This document shows, one piece after another, positions 52,516 through 61,850 of a stretch of DNA of 64,000 nucleotides; the stretch's first letter is position 1, and every line of letters starts with the position of its first letter. A model generated the notes under the pieces. It was not told the DNA's origin. It ran no database searches and saw only the letters and a program-made list of their open reading frames with translations. The DNA is taken from assembly GCA_963845085.1 (NCBI GenBank), contig CAWJQI010000005.1, positions 448,502-512,501 on the forward strand, in the 5' to 3' direction. Made by a program: the position numbers and the translations under genes. The stretch comes from Candidatus Fermentibacterota bacterium. GTDB lineage: Bacteria > Fermentibacterota > Fermentibacteria > Fermentibacterales > JCC-6.

Positions 52516-55500
52516 ATGAAACCCTCCGAACCAACCGGTGCGGTTCTTGTCCTCGGCGGCGGCATAGGCGGCATCCAGGCCGCACTCGATCTGGCCGATT
52601 CCGGGTTCAGGGTCTACCTGGTTGAAAAACTTGGAGCCATCGGCGGCACAATGGCCGGGCTCGACAAGACCTTCCCCACCAACGACTGCTCCATGTGCAT
52701 ACTTTCCCCGAAGCTCGTGGAGTGCGGAAGGCATCTCAACATCGAAATACTCACCAATTCCGAACTGAAGGGCATCGATGGGGTTCCCGGCGCCTTCACG
52801 GCGACCGTAGAACAGGCGCCGAGATACGTTGACCCATCACGGTGCACAGGCTGTGGCGATTGCGCGGAAAAGTGCCCGATCAAACTGCCGGATCACTTCA
52901 ACGGGGGGTTCAGCCGGAAGAGGGCTATTTCACGCCTTTACGAGCAGGCGTATCCACCCTCCTTTGAGATCAACCCGGAAAACTGCATAGGGTGCAAAAT
53001 CTGTGAAAAGACATGCAAGGCAGGCGCGATAGATTTCGGAATGAAACCGCGCACGCTGAAGCTCGAGGTCGGCGCCGTGATCGCATGCCCCGGCTTCGAG
53101 GCCTTCGATGCGGGTCTCATTTCCAACTACGGCTACGGCTGCTTTCCCAACGTCATCACGAGCATGGAGTTTGAGCGGATTCTGAGCGCATCGGGTCCCT
53201 ATCAGGGCAGGCTGCTCCGTCCATCGGACGGCACGGCCCCGAAGCGCATAGCGTGGATCCAGTGCGTCGGATCCAGGGACATCCACAGGGTAAGCAACAA
53301 CTATTGCTCCGCTGTCTGCTGCACATATGCGATCAAGGAAGCGGTCGTCGCCAGGGAACACGGGAGCTCCGATCTTGAAACGACTGTTTTCTACATCGAC
53401 ATAAGAACATACGGCAAGGGCTTCGAGCGCTATTACGAAAGGGCGCGGACCGAGCACGGTGTCAGGTTCGTCAGGTCCGAGATAAGCCGCATCTACCAGG
53501 ATCCCTCGAACAGCCTCATCCTGAGGTTCTCGGAAGACGGTTCAACCCGGGAGGAGGTGTTCGACCTGGTGGTCCTCTCTGTCGGGATGGTTCAGAGCCG
53601 GGCCAACCGCGAACTTGCGGAGCGGCTTGGTCTCGAGCTGAACTGCCACGGGTTCTGCGGGACGGAGGGATTCTCGCCCGCACGCACCTCAAGGCCCGGA
53701 ATCTTTGCCGCCGGCGCCTTCAGCGGCCCGAAAGACATCCCCGAAACAGTCATGGGCGCAAGCGCTGCAGCCGCCGAGGCTTCAGCCATGCTTGCATCGG
53801 CCAGGCACAGCCTCACCCGGAAGAGAGACTGGCCGCCTGAAAAGCCAGTCGGCCGCGAGAGGCCCCGCATCGGTGTTTTCATCTGCCATTGCGGCATCAA
53901 CATCGGCAGCGTGGTGAACATCCCCGAGGTCAAGGCCTACGCTGAGGGGCTGCCAAACGTGGTTTTCGTCGATGACTCGCTTTTCTCCTGTTCGCAGGAC
54001 AACCAGCGGAGGATCAGGGACCGCATCGCCGAACACGGGCTCAACCGAATTGTTGTAGCGGCATGCACCCCGCGAACCCACGAACCTCTTTTCACGGAGA
54101 CCCTTCGCGAGGCCGGGCTCAACAGGTACCTCTTCGAGATGGCGAACATCCGCGACCAGTGCGCCTGGGTCCACCAGAACCAACCCGAGAAAGCCACGCA
54201 GAAGGCGAAGGACCTTGTCCGGATGTCAGTCGCGAAGGCGAAGCTCATAGAGCCTCTTTTCCAGACGCCCCTTGAGGTAAACCGGTCCGCGCTCGTAGTC
54301 GGCGGTGGCATCTCGGGCATGGTCTGCGCCCTGTCCATCGCATCCCAGGGGTTCGCCGTGCATCTCGTAGAGAGCTCTTCCTCGCTGGGCGGAAACGCGC
54401 TGAAGATTCATTCCACGATAGAGGGCACGGACGTGCAGCCATTCCTCTCCGGGCTTTCCGAAAGGGTCGAAGCCGATCCGCTGATCACGCTCCACATGAA
54501 TGCGCGGGTCCGGAGCGTCAGCGGGTTTGTCGGCAACTTCAAAACCGTTGTGGAATCGGACGGTTCCGAGTCAGAGATCTACCATGGTGCAGCGGTCATC
54601 GCTGCGGGCGCCGAGGCCTGCAAACCCGACGAATACCTTTACGGAAAACATCCCCGGGTATTCTCACTACTCGAACTCGAGGGCGAACTTGCCGTAAAAA
54701 GCCCTCTCGTTTCATCCTCGGAAAACATCGTGCTGATCCAGTGCGTGGGCTCGCGTGACGACAGGCGGCCCTACTGCAGCAGGACCTGCTGCAGCAAGTC
54801 GGTCAGGATCGCCCTTGAGCTGAAAAAAGCGAATCCCGATGTTGCGATATATGTCCTCTATCGCGACATCAGAACCTACGGGTTCCTCGAGCAGTACTAC
54901 CTCGAGGCGCGTGAGGCGGGGGTGCTGTTCATCCAGTACGACCCCGATCACAAGCCGGTGGTTGAAGCCGTGGAGAGGGATGGACGGGAACGCATCAGGG
55001 TGACGGTGACCGACCGGACGCTCAATGAGGAATTTGCGATAGACGCCGACGTGCTCGGGCTGGCAACGGCAATCATTCCGCGCCCTGAAAACAGGGAACT
55101 GGCCGGCCTGTTCAAGGTGCCGCTGAACGAGGACGGCTTCTTCATGGAGGCGCACATCAAGCTCCGCCCGGTTGACTTTCCTTCAGAGGGAGTCTTCGTC
55201 TGCGGTCTCGCACACAGTCCGAAGCTGATCAGCGAGAGCATTATCCAGGCGCAGGCGGCTGCATCAAGGGCTTCGGTCATCCTCAGCAGAGACTCGATCG
55301 AAGCCGGTGGTACCATCAGCGTCATCAACGGGAACAAGTGCAGCGGCTGCGGGATGTGTGTTGATCTGTGCCCCTTCGGCGCGATCGACTACAACGTTGA
55401 GGAACACAGGGCGGTTGTCAACGAGGCTCTCTGCAAGGGCTGCGGGGTGTGCGCTTCGTCGTGCCGCTGCGGGGCGGTTGACATAAGGGGTTTCACCGAC

Positions 55501-55569
55501 AACTCAATCCACTCCATGATACGCAACAGCGTCATTCAGGGCTTGCGCCGGCAAGGGCGGACAGATTGA
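52516..55569 (+). CDS. hdrA: Heterodisulfide reductase subunit A-like flavoprotein, double-length (two HdrA-type modules)
   Basis: Start moved to ATG 52516 (MKPSEPTGAVLVLGGGIGGIQAALDLA). DKTFPTNDCSMCILSPK, two QCVGSRD motifs, RIGVFICHCGINIG in mid-protein, a second GGGISG dinucleotide fold, and three ferredoxin-type CxxCxxCxxxCP pairs. Confidence 0.8.
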   Translation: MKPSEPTGAVLVLGGGIGGIQAALDLADSGFRVYLVEKLGAIGGTMAGLDKTFPTNDCSMCILSPKLVECGRHLNIEILTNSELKGIDGVPGAFTATVEQAPRYVDPSRCTGCGDCAEKCPIKLPDHFNGGFSRKRAISRLYEQAYPPSFEINPENCIGCKICEKTCKAGAIDFGMKPRTLKLEVGAVIACPGFEAFDAGLISNYGYGCFPNVITSMEFERILSASGPYQGRLLRPSDGTAPKRIAWIQCVGSRDIHRVSNNYCSAVCCTYAIKEAVVAREHGSSDLETTVFYIDIRTYGKGFERYYERARTEHGVRFVRSEISRIYQDPSNSLILRFSEDGSTREEVFDLVVLSVGMVQSRANRELAERLGLELNCHGFCGTEGFSPARTSRPGIFAAGAFSGPKDIPETVMGASAAAAEASAMLASARHSLTRKRDWPPEKPVGRERPRIGVFICHCGINIGSVVNIPEVKAYAEGLPNVVFVDDSLFSCSQDNQRRIRDRIAEHGLNRIVVAACTPRTHEPLFTETLREAGLNRYLFEMANIRDQCAWVHQNQPEKATQKAKDLVRMSVAKAKLIEPLFQTPLEVNRSALVVGGGISGMVCALSIASQGFAVHLVESSSSLGGNALKIHSTIEGTDVQPFLSGLSERVEADPLITLHMNARVRSVSGFVGNFKTVVESDGSESEIYHGAAVIAAGAEACKPDEYLYGKHPRVFSLLELEGELAVKSPLVSSSENIVLIQCVGSRDDRRPYCSRTCCSKSVRIALELKKANPDVAIYVLYRDIRTYGFLEQYYLEAREAGVLFIQYDPDHKPVVEAVERDGRERIRVTVTDRTLNEEFAIDADVLGLATAIIPRPENRELAGLFKVPLNEDGFFMEAHIKLRPVDFPSEGVFVCGLAHSPKLISESIIQAQAAASRASVILSRDSIEAGGTISVINGNKCSGCGMCVDLCPFGAIDYNVEEHRAVVNEALCKGCGVCASSCRCGAVDIRGFTDNSIHSMIRNSVIQGLRRQGRTD

Positions 55570-56012
55570 ACAGCGGTACGGCGAACAGCGACTGGGAACC
55601 GAGGATAGTGGCATTCCTCTGCAACTGGTGCAGTTACGCAGGCGCCGATCTGGCGGGAGTGGGGCGGCTTCAGTATCCCGCGAGCGTAAGGATCATTCGA
55701 GTTCCCTGCTCGGGGCGGATCAGCCCCTTTTTCATCCTGTCCGCTTTTCAAAAGGGGGCCGACGGAGTCCTGGTGAGCGGCTGTCACCCCGGCGACTGCC
55801 ACTATCTCACAGGGAACTATGTTGCCCGCCGCAGGTTCGCACTTCTCAAAAGCCTGCTCGATCATATCGGCATTGAGGAGGGACGCGTGCAGTTTGCATG
55901 GGTTTCCGCCTCGGAGGGCGGAAGGTTCGCCGAAGTGATCGAAAGTGTCACGGAATCCGTCAGGAAGCTCGGGCCGGTGCGTCAAATGGTGAAAAGGCAG
56001 GGGCTTCTGTGA
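55566..56012 (+). CDS. mvhD: MvhD/FlxD-like iron-sulfur protein
   Basis: PRIVAFLCNWCSYAGADLAG...RIIRVPCSGRISP...GADGVLVSGCHPGDCHY. The TTG start overlaps the hdrA stop (TTGA). Confidence 0.8.
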   Translation: MNSGTANSDWEPRIVAFLCNWCSYAGADLAGVGRLQYPASVRIIRVPCSGRISPFFILSAFQKGADGVLVSGCHPGDCHYLTGNYVARRRFALLKSLLDHIGIEEGRVQFAWVSASEGGRFAEVIESVTESVRKLGPVRQMVKRQGLL

Positions 56013-56977
56013 ATTGGGAAGAAATCACCGCAAGGATCCGTGAAGAGGCAGGAAAGCTCCTCGCCAGCAGAACGGTCGACGTGGTTATCGGTTTCGAGAA
56101 CGGTTCGCTCCCCCTTCGCGCGACGCCGTGCTTTGTGGAAAGCGCTTCCGATACGGGCAGGCTGGTGTGGAATTCCTTCTGCAGCAACAACCTGAGCCGG
56201 CACCTGATCCGCCCCGGCGGAAGGGTTGGGATTATTGCGAAAGGATGCGACACCCGTGCCATTGTCGAACTCATCAAGGAAAAGCAGCTCCGGCGGGAGG
56301 ATGTGTTCATAATCGGCGTCCCCTGCAGGGGAATGATCAACGTAAAACAGCTTCGGTCGCTCTGCCCGGGGAAAGTGATCTCGGGCCTCACGGAAACAGG
56401 CGATGACCTTGTTGTCACCGGCATTGATCTGCGGCTCACGGTCGGGCGGGAGGAGTACCTCTATCCCGCCTGCAAAGCCTGCGCCGCGATGGTTCCGGTC
56501 ATCCATGATCTGCTTGTCGAGGCGGAACCCGGGAAAAGCACCAGTGACGGTTTTCAGGACGTGAGCGAATTCGCTTCGTTGCCCCCCGGCGAAAGATGGG
56601 CGCACATCACCAGTGAGATGGACCGCTGCATACGCTGCTACGCCTGCAGAAACGCGTGTCCCCTGTGCTACTGCAAACAGTGCTTCGTCGACGACACACA
56701 GCCGCAGTGGGTCGGGAAAGGGGTGGCAGGAAGCGACACGATGTTCTTCCATCTCATGCGAACGATTCATCTGGCCGGAAGATGCATCGAGTGCGGCGAG
56801 TGTGAGCGCTCCTGCCCCATGGATATCGATATAAGGATGCTTCACAGGAAGATGTCGGCCGATGTGGCCGGATTGTACGGCTGCACTCCCGGCCTGGACG
56901 CAGGCGAAAGTGCGCCGCTTTCCCGGTTCAAACCCGATGATACGGAGGATTTCATGCTTGATCCCGGTCCTGCATGA
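56009..56977 (+). CDS. Iron-sulfur protein (FlxC-like) with 2x[4Fe-4S] motifs
   Basis: The GTG start overlaps the mvhD stop (GTGA). CIRCYACRNACPLCYC and CIECGECERSCP. Confidence 0.6.
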   Translation: MNWEEITARIREEAGKLLASRTVDVVIGFENGSLPLRATPCFVESASDTGRLVWNSFCSNNLSRHLIRPGGRVGIIAKGCDTRAIVELIKEKQLRREDVFIIGVPCRGMINVKQLRSLCPGKVISGLTETGDDLVVTGIDLRLTVGREEYLYPACKACAAMVPVIHDLLVEAEPGKSTSDGFQDVSEFASLPPGERWAHITSEMDRCIRCYACRNACPLCYCKQCFVDDTQPQWVGKGVAGSDTMFFHLMRTIHLAGRCIECGECERSCPMDIDIRMLHRKMSADVAGLYGCTPGLDAGESAPLSRFKPDDTEDFMLDPGPA

Positions 56978-58023
56978 AACAGAACATGCATTACAAATCG
57001 ATCCGGAAGAACGGGATTGAGAGTTTCCTTGACCGCCTTCTGACCGATCACACGGTGGTGGCACCCATCAGGAGCGGCGACATGGTCACCTTCGCCGTCA
57101 TCAATTCGGGCGGCGAGGCAACGCTCGACTATACGAACAGCAAGGCTTCGCCCAAGGGCGTGGTGCTGCCCCAGCTCGAAACCCTTCTTTCAGCAGCCAC
57201 AGGTGCCGAGGGAACGGACGTGACCGAACACCTCGGCAACCGGAAGCCCATTGTCCTTTTCGGCTTGCGCCCCTGTGACGCTCGAGGCATCGGTTTCCTT
57301 GACAGGGTCTTCAACTCCGGGAAAAACCGGGACGTCTACTACGCAAACAGAAGGGAAGCGCTGCTGACGGTTTCCCTCGGCTGTTCCAATCCACAGGAGA
57401 CATGCTTCTGTTCCACGACGGGCGGAGGCCCGTTTTCGACAGAAGGCTCGGATGTGATGCTCATCGAATGCGGAGACTGCTACCTCGTCAACGCCGTGAC
57501 GGACAGGGGGGAAAATCTCGTCAGTTCCCTGGAACTAAGTGATGCTCCTGATACCGATGTCAGCGAGACCACTGACCGCTGCCTGGGCATCAGGGCGGCG
57601 ATCTCGCCCGAGATCGACCTCTCGTCACTCGCGGACAGGCTGGACAGGTCCTTCGATGAATCGTCATGGCGCACACTCACTGAGAAGTGCATCAGCTGCG
57701 GTGTCTGCACCTATCTCTGCCCCACGTGCCACTGCTTCGACATCGTTGACGAGGAGACCTCGGGGGTCCGCGTGCGGAACCGCATCTGGGATTCATGCCA
57801 GTTCCCGTACTTCACGATGCAGGCATCGGGCTTCAACCCCAGGCCGACTTTCAAGGAAAGGTACCGGCAGCGAATCATGCACAAGTTCAGCTACTGCTTC
57901 GACAGCTACGGCATGACGGGATGCGTCGGCTGCGGTCGCTGTGTGCTCGAGTGCCCGGTCAACCTCGACATACGCCAGGTTGTGCTGTCGTTCTTCGGCG
58001 CTCGGGAGGGATGTGATGAATAA
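56974..58023 (+). CDS. Iron-sulfur protein (FlxB / sulfhydrogenase-beta / AsrA-like)
   Basis: ATGA overlap. CISCGVCTYLCPTCHCFD and CVGCGRCVLECP. Confidence 0.65.
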   Translation: MKQNMHYKSIRKNGIESFLDRLLTDHTVVAPIRSGDMVTFAVINSGGEATLDYTNSKASPKGVVLPQLETLLSAATGAEGTDVTEHLGNRKPIVLFGLRPCDARGIGFLDRVFNSGKNRDVYYANRREALLTVSLGCSNPQETCFCSTTGGGPFSTEGSDVMLIECGDCYLVNAVTDRGENLVSSLELSDAPDTDVSETTDRCLGIRAAISPEIDLSSLADRLDRSFDESSWRTLTEKCISCGVCTYLCPTCHCFDIVDEETSGVRVRNRIWDSCQFPYFTMQASGFNPRPTFKERYRQRIMHKFSYCFDSYGMTGCVGCGRCVLECPVNLDIRQVVLSFFGAREGCDE

Positions 58024-58855
58024 TCCTTACGCACCGATGCCGATGAAGGTCGAGAAGAGCATCGTGGAGACCGACGACGGAAGCATCAGGACCATTTCCC
58101 TGTCATTCGCCCGAAGTGCGGATGCGAAAGCGTTTGTTTTCAGGCCGGGGCAGTTTTCCGAGCTGTCTCTGCTCGGCATCGGGGAGGCGCCGTTCGGCAT
58201 CGCCTCGTCGCCGACCGAACCGGAGCTGCTCGACTTTTCGGTCAGCAGAGTCGGGCTGGTAACCGCCGAACTTCACAATCTCGAACCCGGCGAAACTGTT
58301 GGCATGAGGGGTCCGCTGGGCAATGGTTACCCTCTCGACGAGCTTCGCGACAAAAACATTCTTGTCGTGGGGGGAGGCTTCGGTTTTTCCACACTTCGGG
58401 CATTCACCCGTTTCGCGCTTGATCCCGCAAACAGACAGCAATTCAGGAACATCACGGTGGTCTACGGTGCAAGGAACCCGGGGCTGCTCCTCTACAAAGA
58501 CGACCTTCGGGAGTGGGGTATGCGGGGCGACATGCGCCTGCTGGTAACAGTCGACAAGGCGGATGCGGATTGGGGGGGCAGGACAGGCGTCGTCCCCTCG
58601 ATTGTCGGGGAGCTCGAAATCGATGCGGAAAACACGGCTGCCCTGGTGTGCGGACCTCCAGTGATGATAAAGTACACACTGCCAGTGCTTTCCGGTCTTG
58701 GCCTGTCGCCTGACCACATCCACCTGTCCCTTGAGATGAAGATGAAATGCGGCATCGGGAAGTGCGGAAGATGCAACATAGGCGGCTCGTACGTATGCAC
58801 CGACGGCCCTGTGTTCAGCCTTTCCAGCCTCGACAACCTCCCCCGGGAGTACTGA
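58016..58855 (+). CDS. FAD/NAD(P)-binding oxidoreductase with C-terminal [2Fe-2S] (FlxA / AsrB / PyrK-like)
   Basis: ATG at 58016 gives an 8-nt overlap. RPGQFSELS (FAD), VVGGGFGFSTL (NAD) and CGIGKCGRCNIGGSYVCTDGPVF (2Fe-2S). Confidence 0.7.
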   Translation: MNNPYAPMPMKVEKSIVETDDGSIRTISLSFARSADAKAFVFRPGQFSELSLLGIGEAPFGIASSPTEPELLDFSVSRVGLVTAELHNLEPGETVGMRGPLGNGYPLDELRDKNILVVGGGFGFSTLRAFTRFALDPANRQQFRNITVVYGARNPGLLLYKDDLREWGMRGDMRLLVTVDKADADWGGRTGVVPSIVGELEIDAENTAALVCGPPVMIKYTLPVLSGLGLSPDHIHLSLEMKMKCGIGKCGRCNIGGSYVCTDGPVFSLSSLDNLPREY

Positions 58856-58857
58856 CA

Positions 58858-59367
58858 ATGATCGACCTCACGAAAATCGACGCATCGCTCTGGCGGGAGA
58901 TATCGGGCTCCTGCGGCGACATCCGGAAGTGCTTCAACTGCAATACATGTGCCGCAGGCTGCCCCGCGGCGGAAGGCTCCCCCCCCCTTTTCATCCGCAA
59001 CCTTGTTCGAAAGGTTCTCCTCGGTCTTTCCGAAAGCCTGCTCGAAGACGAGACTCCCTGGCTCTGCGTAACATGCTCCTCCTGCGATGAGATGTGCCCG
59101 ATGGGGGTGCATCCGTTCGAGGTGTGCCTCGCAATCAGAAGGTGGCAGAGCAGAAACGATGAAACGTTCATCCCGGCGGCGATAACCGAGATTTTCGAAA
59201 CAGGGCACACGCAGGCCCTGGGACAGGTCAGGGAAAGACGTAAGGCTGTGGGGCTGGACGAGGTTCCGCCCACGATAGTCAGGTTCCCGGAGCTTTTGAA
59301 GAAGTTCCGGGAAATGCTTCGGAACACCGACCTCGTAAAAGACAACGAATACATGTTCAGGGAATGA
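58858..59367 (+). CDS. hdrC: Heterodisulfide reductase subunit C-like protein
   Basis: CFNCNTCAAGCP and CVTCSSCDEMCP are two [4Fe-4S] motifs in an HdrC-sized protein. ATG at 58858 lies 2 nt after the upstream stop. Confidence 0.75.
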   Translation: MIDLTKIDASLWREISGSCGDIRKCFNCNTCAAGCPAAEGSPPLFIRNLVRKVLLGLSESLLEDETPWLCVTCSSCDEMCPMGVHPFEVCLAIRRWQSRNDETFIPAAITEIFETGHTQALGQVRERRKAVGLDEVPPTIVRFPELLKKFREMLRNTDLVKDNEYMFRE

Positions 59368-59371
59368 CGGA

Positions 59372-60265
59372 ATGAAATACGGTTTGTTTCTGGGATGCAA
59401 CGTTCCGGCTGTCAGGCCGGATGTGGAACGGGCCATCAGGCTCACAATGCCAAAACTTGGGGCGGAGCTCGTCGACCTCGAGGGGAGCGTGTGCTGCCCC
59501 GCGTTCGGTGCGTTTCCCTCCGCGGACGAAACGGCCGGTCTCGCCGTCAGCGCATGGAATTTCTCCATCGCGGAGGAGCTGGGAGTCGACCTGATCACCG
59601 AATGCGGGTCATGCTACAGCTCGCTTCGTATCGCGCGGAAGAAGCTTCTCGAAGACCGGGAACGAAGGGACAGGGTAAACCGGCTTCTCGAGCCGGCTGG
59701 AAAGCACTTCGCGGGCACGGTGAACGTGCGCCATCTCATAGACGTTCTCTACAACGACATAGGCCCTGACAGGATCAGGGAATCCCTCGCTTTCCCGCTC
59801 GAAAGCATCGGTGCAGCCGTGCAATACCCATGCCACACGCTGTTCCCGAGCGAGATCGTTGGTTTCGACTCCCCCGCCGGAAGACCGCACATGCTGCGTG
59901 AGCTGGTTACGGCACTCGGGGCAGAGGTTCGTTCCTACAGCCGCGAACTGCAGTGCTGCGGGGGGGCCGGTGGCTTTGTAAAGGGAAGCTTTGCGAGCGC
60001 TTCGGAATTCGCCTTCAAAAAGCTTGTGGCTTTGAAGAATGAGACCGATGCACAGCTGATAGTAGTGTCGTGCATCACCTGTCTTGAGCACCTCGACCGG
60101 ATGCAGGCCGAACTCAACAAAAAGAACGCCGACTCGGCATACTCCCTGCCCGTCTTCGACTACAACCAGCTGCTTGCGGTGTGCATGGGTTTCGACCCGG
60201 CCGAGGTCGCCTCGATTTCGACAATTCCGCGTGACAAGGTCATTGCCTCGATAAGGAAGGGCTGA
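59372..60265 (+). CDS. hdrB: Heterodisulfide reductase subunit B-like protein (two CCG domains)
   Basis: LFLGCNVP...SVCCPAFG and ELQCCGGAGGF...VVSCITC are the CCG-domain cysteine patterns. Confidence 0.8.
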   Translation: MKYGLFLGCNVPAVRPDVERAIRLTMPKLGAELVDLEGSVCCPAFGAFPSADETAGLAVSAWNFSIAEELGVDLITECGSCYSSLRIARKKLLEDRERRDRVNRLLEPAGKHFAGTVNVRHLIDVLYNDIGPDRIRESLAFPLESIGAAVQYPCHTLFPSEIVGFDSPAGRPHMLRELVTALGAEVRSYSRELQCCGGAGGFVKGSFASASEFAFKKLVALKNETDAQLIVVSCITCLEHLDRMQAELNKKNADSAYSLPVFDYNQLLAVCMGFDPAEVASISTIPRDKVIASIRKG

Positions 60266-60278
60266 CCTGGAACGTACA

Positions 60279-60302
60279 GAGCCCGGGTGGGCACCCGGGC
60301 TC
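60279..60302. terminator. Hairpin between the convergent hdrB and dsrC
   Basis: GAGCCCGGGT-GGGC-ACCCGGGCTC forms a perfect 10-bp stem. Confidence 0.5.
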
Positions 60303-60331
60303 AAATACATCGGGCCGGGAGCTTCCTGCGA

Positions 60332-60649
60332 TCAGACGCAGCCGTCAGGCTTTGGAAGCCCCGCTATCCGGCAGGCTCCCCTTGCGGGGCCCTTGGGGAA
60401 AAGGCCGTAGAGCTCGCTCAACTTGAGGCCGCTCTGCTTGCACAGGCTTCTCACGGTCGGCGCCATGTCGGTCTCCTTCCAGAACTCCCTGATGTGGGTG
60501 ATGATCTCCCAGTGCTTCCCACTCAGTTCACCGGTGCCGTCCTGTTTCGCAAACTCGGCCGCCACGTCTTCATCCCAGAGTTCCGGCTGGGTAAGAAACC
60601 CGTCGCCGTCGATGAAGAGAACTCTGTCCTTGACCTTTATTTCTTCCAT
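60332..60649 (-). CDS. dsrC: DsrC/TusE-family sulfur-carrier protein with both conserved C-terminal cysteines
   Basis: LFPKGPARGACRIAGLPKPDGCV has a Cys at the penultimate position and a second Cys 10 residues upstream (DsrC type). As I recall, E. coli TusE has Thr at the upstream position. Confidence 0.8.
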   Translation of the reverse strand: MEEIKVKDRVLFIDGDGFLTQPELWDEDVAAEFAKQDGTGELSGKHWEIITHIREFWKETDMAPTVRSLCKQSGLKLSELYGLFPKGPARGACRIAGLPKPDGCV

Positions 60650-60689
60650 TTTCCCTTTTGATCCTTCTCGTGAATGTGCGGAATTCCGT

Positions 60690-61850
60690 CTATTTCCTCA
60701 TCAAAGCTATCTCGCGCACCCCCGTTATGGCGGCGTCGATCTCTTCGTCGGTGTTGAACGGTCCGACACTGAACCTCACCGTACCGTGGATCTTGTCGGT
60801 GCCGAGCTGCACGTGCACAAGGGGGGCGCATTGCAGACCCGTGCGGGTTGCGATGTTGTAGTCAACGTCGAGCATTGTTCCGGCGTCACCTGCGACCCAC
60901 CCATCGATATTGATGCTGAGAACGGGGTTCTGATTATCCGTATCGTCGGCGCAGTAGGTTGTGACACCGTCGATTTCCTGGAACCCCCTCCGCAGCTTGT
61001 CCCACAGCCTGATCTCACGGGCGTGAATGTTCTCGATGCCCTCGTTGAGCACCCAGGTCACTCCGGCGTGAAGCCCAGCCACACCCACCACATTGAGCGT
61101 ACCGGCTTCCATGCGGTAGGGGAACTCCTCGAGATGGAAGGGATGTGCCGAACGGACCCCTGTGCCGCCGAACCTGGTGCACTTGATCGGAACATTCTCG
61201 CCCACGTAGGAACCACCGATGCCTGTGGGGCCCATAAGGCACTTGTGCCCGGTGAATGCAAGCAGGTCGATGTTCATGGCCTGAACATCAATGGGTACAG
61301 CGCCAGCGCTCTGGCTGGCATCAACAGCAAAATAAATCCCGGCCTCGCGACAGAGCCTTCCGATCTCCGCAACCGGCTGCACTGTTCCAATGATGTTCGA
61401 TGAGTGATTTATTATTACAAGCCTTGTGTTCTTCTGAAATGCTTTCTTCACGTCCTGCGGGTCTATGTAACCCTTCGAATCGAAGGGTACATAAGTCAGT
61501 TCTATCTCGCCATCGTGCATCTTGTGGTACAGCGGGCGCAGCACGGAGTTGTGCTCGAGATTGCTCGTGATTACATGGTCACCCTTGGAAACCATGCCCT
61601 GGATGATCCTGTTCAGGGAATCGGTGGCGTTGTAGCTGAACGTAAGGTAGTTTGGATTGGTCCCGTTGAAAAGGCCCGTGAGCATCTTGCGGGTCGAGTG
61701 GACAAGCTCTTCGGCTTCAAGAGCCTTGTCGAAACCGGAGCGACCTGGATTGACCCCGTTGGACTGGTAGAACTCCTTCATGAAATCATACACCACTTGC
61801 GGTTTAGGGAAAGTGGTTGCCGAATTGTCCAGATAGATCAGGTTGCTCAT
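60690..61850 (-). CDS. Cysteine desulfurase (class V aminotransferase fold)
   Basis: IYLDNSATTFPKP, FTGHKCLMGPTGIGG (PLP Lys) and ATRTGLQCAPLVH (active-site Cys loop). Confidence 0.8.
   Translation of the reverse strand: MSNLIYLDNSATTFPKPQVVYDFMKEFYQSNGVNPGRSGFDKALEAEELVHSTRKMLTGLFNGTNPNYLTFSYNATDSLNRIIQGMVSKGDHVITSNLEHNSVLRPLYHKMHDGEIELTYVPFDSKGYIDPQDVKKAFQKNTRLVIINHSSNIIGTVQPVAEIGRLCREAGIYFAVDASQSAGAVPIDVQAMNIDLLAFTGHKCLMGPTGIGGSYVGENVPIKCTRFGGTGVRSAHPFHLEEFPYRMEAGTLNVVGVAGLHAGVTWVLNEGIENIHAREIRLWDKLRRGFQEIDGVTTYCADDTDNQNPVLSINIDGWVAGDAGTMLDVDYNIATRTGLQCAPLVHVQLGTDKIHGTVRFSVGPFNTDEEIDAAITGVREIALMRK

Noticed and set aside
55982-61403. ORFs 55982..57064 (-), 58103..58858 (-), 58492..59598 (-), 59609..60310 (-) and 60423..61403 (+)
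   Set aside because: They are shadows of the Hdr/Flx genes and of the dsrC/cysteine desulfurase genes. The opposite strands carry unambiguous Fe-S, CCG, DsrC and PLP motifs.
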